A stretch of 64,000 nucleotides of DNA from Podarcis gaigeae (Eukaryota). Each line of letters opens with the position of its first letter. The first letter of the stretch is position 1. Positions 25,980 through 38,105 of this stretch are shown here, piece by piece. The position numbers and the translations under genes were made by a program. The notes under the pieces are model-generated. The model was not told the origin of the DNA, made no database searches, and saw only the letters and a program-made list of their open reading frames with translations. The stretch is from NCBI GenBank assembly GCA_964106915.2, contig OZ066920.1; one strand, given 5' to 3'.

Positions 25980-26241
25980 CAGATTGTGAAGCTGAGGCTG
26001 AGGCTCCAATATTTTGGCCACCTCATGAGAAGAGAATACTCCCTGGAAAAGACCCTGATGTTGGGAAAGATGGAGGGCACAAGGAGAAGGGGACGGCAGA
26101 GGACGAGATGGTTGGACAGTGTTCTCGAAGCTACCAGCATGAGTTTGACCAAACTGTGGGAGGCAGTGGAAGACAGAAGTGCCTGGCGTGCTCTGGTCCA
26201 TGGGGTCACGAAGAGTCAGATATGACTAAACAGCAACAACA
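25980..26241 (+). mobile_element. 5'-truncated RTE/BovB-type LINE 3' end with 12-bp TSD
   Basis: Encodes KLRLRLQYFGHLMRREYSLEKTLMLGKMEGTRRRGRQRTRWLD...AWRALVHGVTKS (BovB-like C-terminus) and ends in a CAA-type tail. TSD GCATGCCTTCAC at 25968-25979 and 26242-26253. Confidence 0.92.
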
Positions 26242-26502
26242 GCATGCCTTCACTGGCCTTTATTCCTCCTTATCACTTAGCAGAATAATAGCGTTGTCTT
26301 TTTTTAGAAAATAGAAGTTTAATTAATTTAGTATTTGGATTACTCTCATGTAGAACATTTTTTCAAAGTATAACATATAAACAACCTTGCTAATATATTT
26401 CTATATATCAGTAAAGAAGGTGAGAAATCAACTGCATTTTATGAAGCAGGGTCCACCCACAACCAAAGTATATTGTTTCTTGACAAACTTTTAATAATAA
26501 AA

Positions 26503-26504
<2 letters not shown>

Positions 26505-26567
<63 letters not shown>
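26505..26567. repeat. Compound (CT)n(CA)n microsatellite
   Basis: Direct reading. Confidence 0.95.
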
Positions 26568-26938
26568 CATTAAGAAAATTTGTCTTCAGGGTTAGAAAAA
26601 ATGTCATGTGCAGTACTGCCTTTAAATGGATGATTTCTTCTAGCTTATCCCAGAATGGCATTGACTTGACAAATGTGGGAAAGTCCACAGCTGTGAGATG
26701 GGGGCTTAGGTTGTGGGCTCTCGGTCAATTGAAAGGTTGCATTAAATGTAAATTATAGGTCTGTTACTTAGATATATACCCTTCTCAACCAGGTGAAAGG
26801 CAAACAGGTCCTGCACTAATTCACAGATGAACTTGCTGGCAAAAGCAAGTGAAGAGGCAAGCAATTATAACCTTCATCTCGGATGAACAGGCATTTAATA
26901 TAAAACTATGCTAAACATGTTCTGTTTTCTTTTTTATA

Positions 26939-26995
26939 TGTGCTTTCTCCTTTCATATATGTTACACTTGTGCTTTCTCCTTTCATATATGTTAC
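26939..26995. repeat. Tandem duplication, 30-bp period (27 bp identical)
   Basis: tgtgctttctcctttcatatatgttac at 26939-26965 and 26969-26995. Confidence 0.9.
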
Positions 26996-28229
26996 GCAAA
27001 ACAGGCAGTAACAATGGCCTTTTATTAAGGATTTATTGAAAAAAACACCTGTATTTTCACTGCTTTTCTTTTCCTTCTAATATTTACAGCTTATTATTAA
27101 CACCAACATCACATTTCATCTGCACAAATGCCGAAGGGTAAAAAAAAGTCACACACACNNNNNNNNNNNNNNNNNNNNNNNNNNNNNNNNNNNNNNNNNN
27201 NNNNNNNNNNNNNNNNNNNNNNNNNNNNNNNNNNNNNNNNNNNNNNNNNNNNNNNNNNNNNNNNNNNNNNNNNNNNNNNNNNNNNNNNNNNNNNNNNNNN
27301 NNNNNNNNNNNNNNNNNNNNNNNNNNNNNNNNNNNNNNNNNNNNNNNNNNNNNNNNNNNNNNNNNNNNNNNNNNNNNNNNNNNNNNNNNNNNNNNNNNNN
27401 NNACTCTATCAGACAAATAAGATCTATCAGTCACACAACTTGAAGCCAATGCTAGAAGCATCGTCTCCACAAGCTGAACCTGTATGCATATGACCTAATG
27501 ATATCTCACCATTTCTTTTTAATCTTGGGTTTTAACGCAGCTATTCAAAGGCACAAAACGGAATAAAAAAGACTGAGAAATGTTGCATTAAGAGGACAGT
27601 AACAGGATTAACAATGTCAAGAGTCTCAGAATACTGAAATGTTTTTGTATTAATAGAAAAACTTTACTGCCTTTGAGTCTAGAATGCAGGGCTAGAAACT
27701 ATGTACATTTTCTTAATCTCTCATAAAGGAAAATGTTTTTCTGCAAATATAAAGCACTGTGGATTCTTTCTTAAGCCCTTCAGTGTTATTAATAGCGGCA
27801 CACAGAAACTCCATGTGTACATGGAGGTGTTTGCTTTCAAACTACAAGGCTGGACTGGAGCACCACAACTAAAGGCTCGAGACAACCCCAACAATGGAAG
27901 AAATCTTTGGAACCCTTCACCAACAGCCTAATAAGGGTTGGGTATTCTTAATGAGCACCTAACGCTGACTGGCTGGTGGGGAATGGGAAAGTGTGGGGAG
28001 AGTAATGGGTGGAATATGACAGAATAGGGCATGGCTGGCTGGCTGGCTGGCTGGCACCCTGAACAGGATCACTGCAATAGCAAACTCAAGTGACTGAAGT
28101 GAAACAGGTCGATCCAAGGAAGTAGCTTCTACATATTTGGGGTACTCCCTGTGTATGCATCACTTCAGAAATAAAGGGAAATGGAAGGCTAGGGGAAGAA
28201 AGAAAATTGGATCATGAATGCACCTAACA

Positions 28230-28352
28230 CAGGTGTGGAGAATCTGTGATCCTCCAGATGCTGTTGAACTACAACTCCCATCATCCTTGGGCATTCGCTG
28301 TGCTGGCTAGAGCCTATGAGAGTTTTGAGTCCAGCAACATCTTTAGGGACAA
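28230..28352. mobile_element. Palindromic non-autonomous DNA transposon (hAT-like MITE)
   Basis: ctccagatgctgttgaactacaactcccatca ... tgagagttttgagtccagcaacatct form imperfect inverted arms, typical of an abundant squamate MITE. Confidence 0.6.
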
Positions 28353-28900
28353 GCCTTAACAGCTTACAATGAGCATCCTGCAGGGGGATATTATGTTTGG
28401 AGGGTTATACATTGCAAGGTATACTGGTAGTACTGGTATCTTAATAGCTGCTAAAGCAAAATAATCGCCTGTGGTCATCTATTAGTCAAGTGCAAGACAA
28501 CCAAAATATTTTGCTTTACCACATTTTAAGTTACCAGTTCTATCACTATTATAAATAATAATAAATACTATTTATTAATCAGTCAATCAATGAATGAATC
28601 AATCACATTCTACATGCATCTCAAGCTGATTTACAAACATTTACAAACATAGCAAATTATTACCAACATTGTTTCAGTGTATGCCTTTATATTTGATAGT
28701 GTAATAATTTGCTACAATTAGTTATACACACCATATTTCAGTGGAAATATTTACTGTTCTATTTCTGGATCGCTTTCAGTTTCTAAAAATAGACTGTTTT
28801 ACCTCTAAGAATATAGTGGTTTTATTCTAGATTCAATTTAATTTAATTACAGATTTAATTACAAACATTTCTACAAATAAAAAAAAATAGAACACCAATA

Positions 28901-29060
28901 CAGTCAACCACTATTTCATGCGAGGGTTTCGTTCCTGGTCCCTGAATAACCCCCTCTCTGCCCCCCTTCCATCCTTTTAGTGACATGTTTTGTGACATTT
29001 CTGGTCACTTCTGGGTTCGGCACCATGAACACATGCATGTCCTTCAGACACATGTTAGTT
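28901..29060. mobile_element. Tigger/pogo-like MITE fragment; right boundary uncertain
   Basis: TA|cagtcaaccactatttcatgcgagggtttcgttcc left end; similar to the start of 55712. Confidence 0.4.
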
Positions 29061-29524
29061 GGCCGTTGCCTGTTCACACAATCTACATGGCCTATTTAAT
29101 GACAAGTTCTAATGTGCAGCAATATTATATTAATAGTATCCATTTTAGCCTAATGCTGAATCACAAAAATACTATGGAAAGCAAAGCAAGAGAGCCCTTA
29201 TTTTTAGGTATGCACAAAATTATATATAGCAGTTTTCTTAAGCTAATCAAGATCAATATCAAGAAATGAAATTTGTATCCTCTTAGCAAAATGCCTTCAT
29301 AACAAATTGAAAGAGGAGAAATTATGGATATTTAAGGTTAAGGAAGAAAGGTGCAATATCTAAATAATAAGATAAAACATGATAGAATATGCTAACCCCA
29401 AAACTTTATAAATGCGTACAGATAATTCTCTTTTATCAATCAATTATATTATGGAAATCAGTTTAGAATCAATGTCAAATAATTATGCATATGCATTTTC
29501 TCAATCTAAATACAATTTTAAGAT

Positions 29525-29700
29525 TGTGAGCTGAGAAGTCACCAGTTCAAATATTACCTCAGCCATGAACTCACTAGGTAGCCTTAGGCAAGCCATTAGT
29601 CTCTCAGCTTCAGTCCCACATCTGCAATATGGAGATAATAATACTAACTTATCTAAAAGGTCTGCTGTAAGGAATGCATGTTAAAAGCTTTGAACATTTA
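29525..29700 (+). mobile_element. MIR-like CORE-SINE
   Basis: gccttaggcaagccattagtctctcagcttcagtcccacatctgcaatatggagataataatactaac...ctgctgtaagga matches the CORE consensus pattern. Confidence 0.7.
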
Positions 29701-31244
29701 AAATGAACGATGTGTACTTGTTGTTGCTGTTATTATTTGTATTATACTATGGTATTATAGTTTTATGCACTTGCTAGGATCCAAAGGGCTACTTTAGACA
29801 TGCCAGAGGGTTTAGTGTCTTATATATTGCAGATTCCTATGCCATTCCACAAACTGCCTTTGAAAGTCCTTGAAATTTCAAAAGTTGGGGCTCAGAAAAC
29901 AGCCATTCAACGCTTGGACACATGAAACTACTTGTGTAGTTCACTGGATCCTAGCCAATGAAACAACTTCCTTTTAATCCCAACTTTATTTAAATCGAAG
30001 TAAAAGTCCCTATGAATACCAGTATCTGACATTTATGAACATTTTTCTCTAAGGATAAGCCTACCTGTATACTCCTGAAAGAGGCCTTAAATGCCTGTAT
30101 TGCATATGTAAACAGATAACTTTATGCCTAGCAGGCATTTTGGGAACATCTGTCAATTTTTTTATGGAATGCACTGATTGTGGGCTATTGATTGCATTTA
30201 AACAAAGTTGTTGCGAAAAAAAATCAGCTAACAATTCGTGTAGAAAGAGTTGATCAATATNNNNNNNNNNNNNNNNNNNNNNNNNNNNNNNNNNNNNNNN
30301 NNNNNNNNNNNNNNNNNNNNNNNNNNNNNNNNNNNNNNNNNNNNNNNNNNNNNNNNNNNNNNNNNNNNNNNNNNNNNNNNNNNNNNNNNNNNNNNNNNNN
30401 NNNNNNNNNNNNNNNNNNNNNNNNNNNNNNNNNNNNNNNNNNNNNNNNGCTTACTAGTTCTTCTCAGTGTATAGTACTGCAAGATGAAGGAATGTACGGT
30501 ACATGGAAAACACAGAAAACCAAGAGCATTTACAGATATACTAAAAGGTAAGGTATTTTATGATTTTTAATTCTCTTAAAATAAAAACAGGAAGACTTCT
30601 CCCAGAAACATACCCTGACAAAACTATGCTTACTAAAGTGAAAAAATACATTGTGTGTATGTAACAGGAATGTAAAATGAATGCAGTCTTTGCTTGCTGT
30701 TGCTGTTAACTAACATTCAGTGTCTTTCATTAAATCTATATCAAAGGTATTTTTAAGGATGGTACTAGAATTTTGTGTTTTAGAATGTTCAAATACACAA
30801 ATGTAATGTGTGCAGGTTGGGGAAGGTCAAATAGATACAGTATGTGTTGTGTCATGCTTATGTGTGTGGAAATATTTTAAAGAGAGGTGTGCAGTACAAT
30901 CTTACATCCATTTACTTGGTAGTAAGTCTAATCATGTTCAGTGGGACTTGGTCTCAGGTGAAGGTCTGCAACCTTAGGATTCAATACTCTGACTAGGGAG
31001 CCTCATTGAATACAATAGGACTTCTGAGCAAACAGGCATCGGATCATCCTTAGTTTCCAGTTTGGTTGAAAATCAAGCACACTATTATTGTGCATTATGA
31101 TATAAACACATTTTAGAGGATTTGGCAAAATCTGGCACTTTTTTTCTTCAAATGTACAAGAAGAAAACAGAAGATTACATATTTCTCATTCATGCACAGA
31201 ATATCAATGCTATTGGAGCAAGAATACTACATTTTGCATACTAA

Positions 31245-31333
31245 GGTTGCAGTCCTGTAATACTTATCCGGGAGTTAATCCCATTGAACTCAATGGCACT
31301 TATTTCTGAGTAGATATGTCCGGGGTTGCACTG
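31245..31333. mobile_element. ~89-bp palindromic MITE (PIF/Harbinger-like), TAA-flanked
   Basis: TAA|ggttgcagtcc...cccattgaactcaatgg...ggggttgcactg|TAA with a central hairpin. Confidence 0.65.
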
Positions 31334-33014
31334 TAAGTTAAACATATAATGTAAACATACAGTATCAGTCATATGTTTTTATTACATTTTGTTTTTATTA
31401 CATTTAGCCTGTAATGCTATGACAACATCTTGTTTTTTGCCTTTCAGTATTTAAACAGAAGGCAACAAAACTAAGCAAAAATGTTGATCCTTTATTAGCT
31501 TTAGGAGGTGAACTTTTGTTCATATTGCCTTTTGCTTTACATTATTCTGTTTAGAGACAAAGGAAGGCAACAGCAAAATTAATAGATCGCTGTACACTGA
31601 GAAAAGCTTCCCTGTGCAGCAACACAGTATTATTTGATGTGGGGCAGGGTTAACTGAGGATGACTTTAGCTGGCCTTGTTTTCCTAGGCATGACTGTGTT
31701 GTATTCTTTCGTGTGTGTTCTCTTTTTCTCATAGCCTAAAAATGTCTGTAAAATGAATCAATAGTATTTTAGCTTGACCTGGTTATTACCTATATATTTT
31801 CTGTGAGGCAGTAAAACGAAACAGTATAATTAGGTAAAAACATCATAACTTTTAAAGTTCATTTGTTTTTATTATCTAGTTATATAGTTTGGGGGGAAAA
31901 GAAAAAAAATTGCAGTCAATTTGGTGCTGACCCTACAGAAAATATATCTAAATGCAAAACAAAACAAAAATCAGGCTTATTTTATTGCACCTTTAAATAC
32001 ACAACATTTGTTTTGGGAGCAATAAATAAATAAATAAATGTGCCTTAATCCTATCAGAATTAACAGGATTTAAGCATTTAGCTCTGTACGTAAATCCTAT
32101 TAAATTTCAATGGGATTTACGTGCACTTACACTTTCTCAAGCAAGCACCCTGTGTTCTTTTTATGGCCACTTCAGTTTAAATTGTCCTAAATGTTTAGTT
32201 CTGGATTGGTGGATTGGTTGAAATTCAGGAGATTAAGGTCACTAAAATCATGGTTTAAAGCACTAAGAGAAGAAACTGTTTTAAACCATGTTTGTACATG
32301 TATTTTCTAAACAAAAGTACATATGCATTTGGTTGGTCTAACCAATAAAACATACATTTTTGAAACAAATGAATGCTTTTACTTTTCTTAGTTTTCACAG
32401 AGTAATCATTTTTCCTTGTGGAGCCTATTATTCTGCATTATTGTCTATTAACAGATGGGCAATTGAAATTAACAGAGTTCTGTTTGTTTCTGTACATATG
32501 TACAAACGCTAAGCAATACCTTTTACTTAATGTCTTACAGAGCATTCCTAAGTATAGGAAGCTGGCACAAGTTGCCCCTATTCCAAACTCCATTCAGAAA
32601 CAGGACTACTGCCAGCTGAGATGGAGTGAACCTGGAAAAGGGAAAACAAGCTTTTAAAACAGAACTTGACTTGCACTACTACATTACTAGCTAGATGGAT
32701 CAACTGTCTGCATCAGTATAAGGAAGCTTCTTATGTTCACTTGGTGAAGGAATCTTGCAGTGGAAGTGGGGAAGGAATAGTGCCCTGTATCCGCAGTACC
32801 CTGTTGGTATCCATCTACACACAGGCACTGCACCAGCTGTGGACTGGATGAAGCCCAGTCTCCAGAGCAAATTTTACAAAAGCAGATTCATTTTTAATGG
32901 TGGGAACCATGTGAACGACTTTCCTGTTGCTATTTTCCATCTGTTCTAAAAGCACAGAAATGGAGGAATCACACAGGCACCGTGGGATTACATGTAAATA
33001 ACAATATGTGTCTT

Positions 33015-33020
<6 letters not shown>

Positions 33021-33046
<26 letters not shown>
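33021..33046. repeat. (AC)13 microsatellite
   Basis: Direct reading. Confidence 0.95.
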
Positions 33047-33361
33047 TAGCATGATGAATCTCATATGTTTCTGCTCTGCTCACATGGCTCCTCCAATTGG
33101 ATATTATCAGAATGCTGCGGAAAGCAGTCACAAAGGAAGTGTCTTCCATGCCATTTCAGGCCAGTGCATGGATTAAACAATCTCTGTTCAATTCCCCCCC
33201 CACACACATTTTATGATGAAATAAACAGATTCACTAGTTTGCAGAAACACACAAGGCACCGTAATTCCTAGCTACAAATTGGATAGGTTGAATGTGTAGA
33301 AGGCAAACAGGACTACATCCACTGGTCCTGTTCCAATGCAGTATGACTGGCCAGCGTGGTT

Positions 33362-33617
33362 GAGAGCCAGTGTGGTGTAGTGGTTAAGAGCAGTAGTCTC
33401 GTAATCTGGGGAACCGGGTTCGTGTCTCAGCTCCTCCACATGCAGCTGCTGGGTGACCTTGGGCTAGGCTAGTCACACTTCTCTGAAGTCTCTCAGCCCC
33501 ACTCACCTCACAGAGTGTTTGTTGTGGGGAGGAAGGGAAAGGAGAATGTTAGCCGCTTTGAGACTCCTTAAACGGAGTGAAAGGCGGGATATCAAATCCA
33601 AACTCCTCTTCTTCTTC
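33362..33617 (+). mobile_element. Squam3-like SINE (tRNA head + CORE + L2-like tail, (CTT)n end)
   Basis: gagagccagtgtggtgtagtggttaagagc (A box), gggttcg (B box), gggtgaccttgggc (CORE), agccgctttgag...aaggcgggatat, then a cttcttctt tail. Confidence 0.85.
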
Positions 33618-35279
33618 AGCCTTCACTCCAACATCCATGCGTTCAGTGCAATATCTGTAATAGCGGAAGGCTTTGCCCAAACAACTTTATGTATGTAAGC
33701 TTCCACACAAATATGGTTACCATTAGCATAGAGGTTGACGCACATACAGCTGGATGTTCTCCTTTTCAGATGATGAGCTCAGTACAGTGTTCAAATGCTG
33801 GTGGAGGCGGGGGTCAGGGTCAGCAAAGTTCAATGTTGGAGTAAGGGCCAGCAGGTGTATTGCCTCTTCCCTTCCATGCATTTAGCCTACTTGTGGAAGT
33901 GACTTTGTGAAAAGGGCTACTATGTGAACATCAAAGGGGTAAAAGCATTTTTATGGACTGACAGGGAAAGAAAATAATTCCATTAGTACAGCCTTTAACC
34001 ACACCAGCCAATGTCTCTGGGAGTACATTAGAGCTGCAATAGGAAATGGTTCCTAAAACATGGTTCTTATAAAATATGTAAAACTATTTTTAAAGACAAT
34101 AAAAAGATTCATAAACTTTATGACAATTTTTGAAATTCTCAAATAGTTAATATGGGATTATGAACTGATCTGCTTTTTAAAAAAAAAAAACAACACAAAC
34201 CTTCTTATATCAACTCCACTTTAATCTGTTAAGAATTTGCTTACACCAAGTTGGCTGTAGCCAATCCTAAAACTTTGTCTATCCTTTTCACTGCAGGATT
34301 CAGAAATTATTCCTCCACCTTGATGTACAAGTAAAATAACCTTGGACACCTGAGAATTTATCTATGGAAACCGTATTTCACATTTATTCCATATATCTAT
34401 ATTCAGACTGAAGGAGAACTGTGGAACCCAGCAATTTGAAGAAAGCTATTTTAATGACATAAAATGTACTCTGGATGTAGCTTTATCCAGATTTCAGATT
34501 TTTTACTTCTGGAATGGGACCTCATAACTTAATTCAAACAGGACAGGGAGATCTGTATTGAGGATGAACCGCAGTGGGAAAACAATGGGAATGTAACCAA
34601 TGTATGCCTAAGAGGCAAAACAGGTTATTCCTTACAAATAATGGAAATAAATGTTATCTAATTTCTGAAATTCCCTTATCAAGCTTGATCTGTCTCTGTG
34701 GAGTTTTGTTTCAGCTCTCTTATTGTATTTCTTACTAAAGACCAAAGTCACTGCTGATAAGACTTGATTTGAGATATAAGTGTAACATTCTATGATATCT
34801 TGTGGTGTAGGTAGTTCATTTAAGCCCAGGGCATTCCTGTACCACAATTTCAGAGAATCTTCACATCACTTTAACCAAATTGTGACAAACACACATGAAT
34901 AATTGCAGGAGGTGGTGCCACAGGGTATACAATTGTTTCTGTATTCAAGGTGCTATACTCAGTCCATTCTAGTGCTCTCTGCTGAAATATGCAGCATGCT
35001 ATAATCCTTTCACACTACAACGTATAAAATATTTGCAATCATTCTGATACAGTGCATTGTATTTGCAACATAAATATATGTCAAGTACACAACGAGGAAC
35101 ATTCTACAGCTGACAAGTTCATATGTTCTCTCTTTCACACTGCACAAATATGCAAATGTTTATGAAAATCAGTCACCTTCTCTCATATTGTGCTGATACT
35201 TTAATTTAGAACTAAATGAAATGGAACTTCAAATCACAGATGCCTCACACCTTGAACCAGTGCATGCTACAGTGATTAG

Positions 35280-35625
35280 GTAAAGGGACCCCTGACCATT
35301 AGGTCCAGTCATGGCCGACTCTGGGGTTGTGGCACTTACCTCGCTTTATTGGCCGAGGGAGCTGGCGTACAGCTTCCGGGTCATGTGGCCAGCTTGACTA
35401 AGCCGCTTCTGGCGAACCAGAGCAGCGAACGGAAATGCCGTTTACCTTCCCGCTGGAGCGGTACCTATTTATCTACTTGCACTTTGACGTGCTTTCGAAC
35501 TGCTAGGTGGGCAGGAGCAGGGACTGGGCAACGGGAGCTCACCCCATCACGGGATTCGAACTGCCGACCTTCTGATCAGCAAGTCCTAGGCTCTGTGGTT
35601 TAACCCACAGCGCCACCCGCATCCC
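35280..35625 (-). mobile_element. Full-length Sauria SINE (Squam1) with 15-bp TSD
   Basis: Antisense of gggatgcgggtggcgctgtgggttaaaccacagagcctagg...tcaggggtccctttac. Perfect TSD TGCTACAGTGATTAG at 35265-35279 and 35626-35640. Confidence 0.95.
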
Positions 35626-36321
35626 TGCTACAGTGATTAGCAGTACCTTAAAATATGTGTTTATGTAGCTAGCTTCCTTTGCAGAAAATAATATATGAAT
35701 GCCTAGAAATAAAATCATCTTGAAGATTTCTAACTACTGTACATTGATAGAGAAAGTAATATAAATCCATATGGGTAAGTTTAGTGCACTTGCCAATTGA
35801 CATAAAGGCACACTATATAATTCACTTTAGGTTACTGTTCACTTTTCCTAGAAAGTACACATAGGACTACAGCTTAACTTATTGTTTCATTATAGAAAAT
35901 ACAACCACACTAACACCAGTCATATTCTTACATGCCACTGATTAGTTGGGCCTTAGCTGAATAGAAAATCTTAATCTTCTCTTCCTTTTTTTAAAATACT
36001 GGGAGGTAAGCCCTCTCCCACCTGCACACGTAGCTTGCTTTTCCCTCAAAGCTCAGGAGATTCCGGCAACAAAATCAATGTATGCATGTTCAGAGCAGTT
36101 TTCAGGGTTTTGTAAGACAAATCTTTCAAATGGGAGCTAGTTTAATGCTATTGAGCTGAGTTTCGATCTGACAGAGTGAGTGAACAACACAGAAACAGTT
36201 CACTTACCACTGCTCACACTACAGGAGGTTGCAATCAGGTACTGCTCTGTGCAAATACAGCTGTGCTATCTGCTATTTCTCAGTAAACTCTAGCACCACC
36301 TAATCCAGCAGTCATTTGTTT

Positions 36322-36350
36322 AAACAAACAAACAAACAAACAAACAAACA
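36322..36350. repeat. (AAAC)n microsatellite
   Basis: Direct reading. Confidence 0.95.
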
Positions 36351-37117
36351 GATACACGGCAATTATGAAGTGTAATTGTTTAGATTCTCCCACCCCCAGT
36401 AACAAAGTTCAATTAAGCCTATTCCAGTAGCTTATATGTAAAGCTATGCAGGTATTGTAGATCTTATTTTCCTAGTGCTTTACACAAAGTTTTTCTAAAC
36501 CATTCCCTTTAATAATGAACTTGGGAGATTACATGTTTATCAATTTCGAAGTGAAATGGGACAATTTCCATAACTAATCTCATTGTCCGGAGAAGGAGAA
36601 CGTGGATTCACATTGAATGTCGGAGGCAGGAAATTGGAAGAAAACCCAGTTTCTCTTTCCCAGGGCCCCTCCTGCATTCATGACATTATTGGGGCGGTCA
36701 TCCACAATCCTACTTTTGACATAGTTTGTGCCTACAAATGTTTTGGAGTGAACACAGTACTTCAGTTCCATTCAGTGCACATCCTGTAACAGCCTGGTGA
36801 AATCCCAAAACTTTTTATACTGTAAATGTTTTGTTTCATTTTTGTTCCCTATACTGTACAGCAATAATATAGGGCTCTCTGTCTCTATAGCCACCACTCT
36901 GCTGTATTTAAACAAAATGTATAACAATAAAAAGCTGTAAAACAATAAAATGTCCCCTAGCTTAGAACAGCCAAGGAAAGTGATGGTTGGGAGTGCCCCC
37001 CCCCCCACAAATTGCAATCCTCTGCTTCCCAGAGAGACCTGGACTTAACAGTGTTATAAAGCTCCTGTTCCAGGCCATATATGGCTTGAGTAAGAAGACT
37101 TGTGTGGAGTATAGATT

Positions 37118-37234
37118 GATAGAATCATAGAATCGTAGAACTGGAAGGGACCACAAGGGCTATTTGGTCCTCCCCTCTGCAAATGCAGGAATCTTTTGCC
37201 GAACTGAGACTCATGTTCTATCAACTTAGCTATC
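37118..37234 (-). mobile_element. tRNA-Lys/CR1-tail SINE, antisense, internally deleted
   Basis: atagaatcatagaatcgtagaactggaaggga (antisense CR1 tail) and tgagactcatgttctatcaacttagctat (antisense tRNA-like head). Confidence 0.7.
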
Positions 37235-38053
37235 ATGGGGGAGGCACACAATACAACATTTTGTTGTGAGTCACAGCTGTATTTATTAAAATACTCTTTT
37301 GAAAAAAGTTCAGTAGGTCTATAAGGAATTTGTAGCATCTCATCAATCATGCTTTCATATAAGCCACTAATTTCCTATCCACTGACCTTGTGTACTTGAA
37401 AATAGTGACCAAGCTAAAGATTTGTCAGTGCAAGCAGTATTCTGTGCCTTCCTTCTAGCTCTTGGTTTAAAAGAAATACAACTGTTGCTGCTGAGGGGTT
37501 TATGTCATATCCTTCATTGCCATATTTCTCTATTTTGCACTTGCTTTATGTCCTTTACGAAACCAATCTAATGAAAGGTCTGATCACAATTTCTTCAAAG
37601 ATAAGAAAAGACTTTTTTTTTGAAGGGGCAGAGGCAGAATGAGGGCAATCTGAATGTGCCAGAGTAAATACAAGGCACTGCAGTATCAAATCTATTTATT
37701 TGTATTTATATATATATATATAAATTTATATACTACTGTATCACAGAAATAGATGTCTGTAAACTTTTTCTAAAGAAAGAAACAATCCATGGTCAGCATC
37801 AAAGTTTTGCAATGGGCATGTGGTTTGTTTGAAGAATCCAAATTTGGACATTACAGCAAAACAAACTGTGCTTTGTTTCCTGATGGTGAAGAAGCAGGAG
37901 TGGAGGAGGAGCAGAGTAGGAACTTCTCAGAATCGTGCTGCATGTTCATAAGCCATTACATGTTTTTACTATGGCTAAATGTCGACATGAGAAGCAGGCC
38001 AATGATTCTCTTGCACAAGATCCTGCTCCCTTATGTAGGGGGTAGGAGGCAGA

Positions 38054-38057
<4 letters not shown>

Positions 38058-38101
<44 letters not shown>
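38058..38101. repeat. (CT)n microsatellite
   Basis: Direct reading. Confidence 0.95.

Positions 38102-38105
<4 letters not shown>

Noticed and set aside
25917-26314. Overlapping 100+ aa ORFs
   Set aside because: Truncated BovB/RTE 3' end with TSDs, not a host gene.
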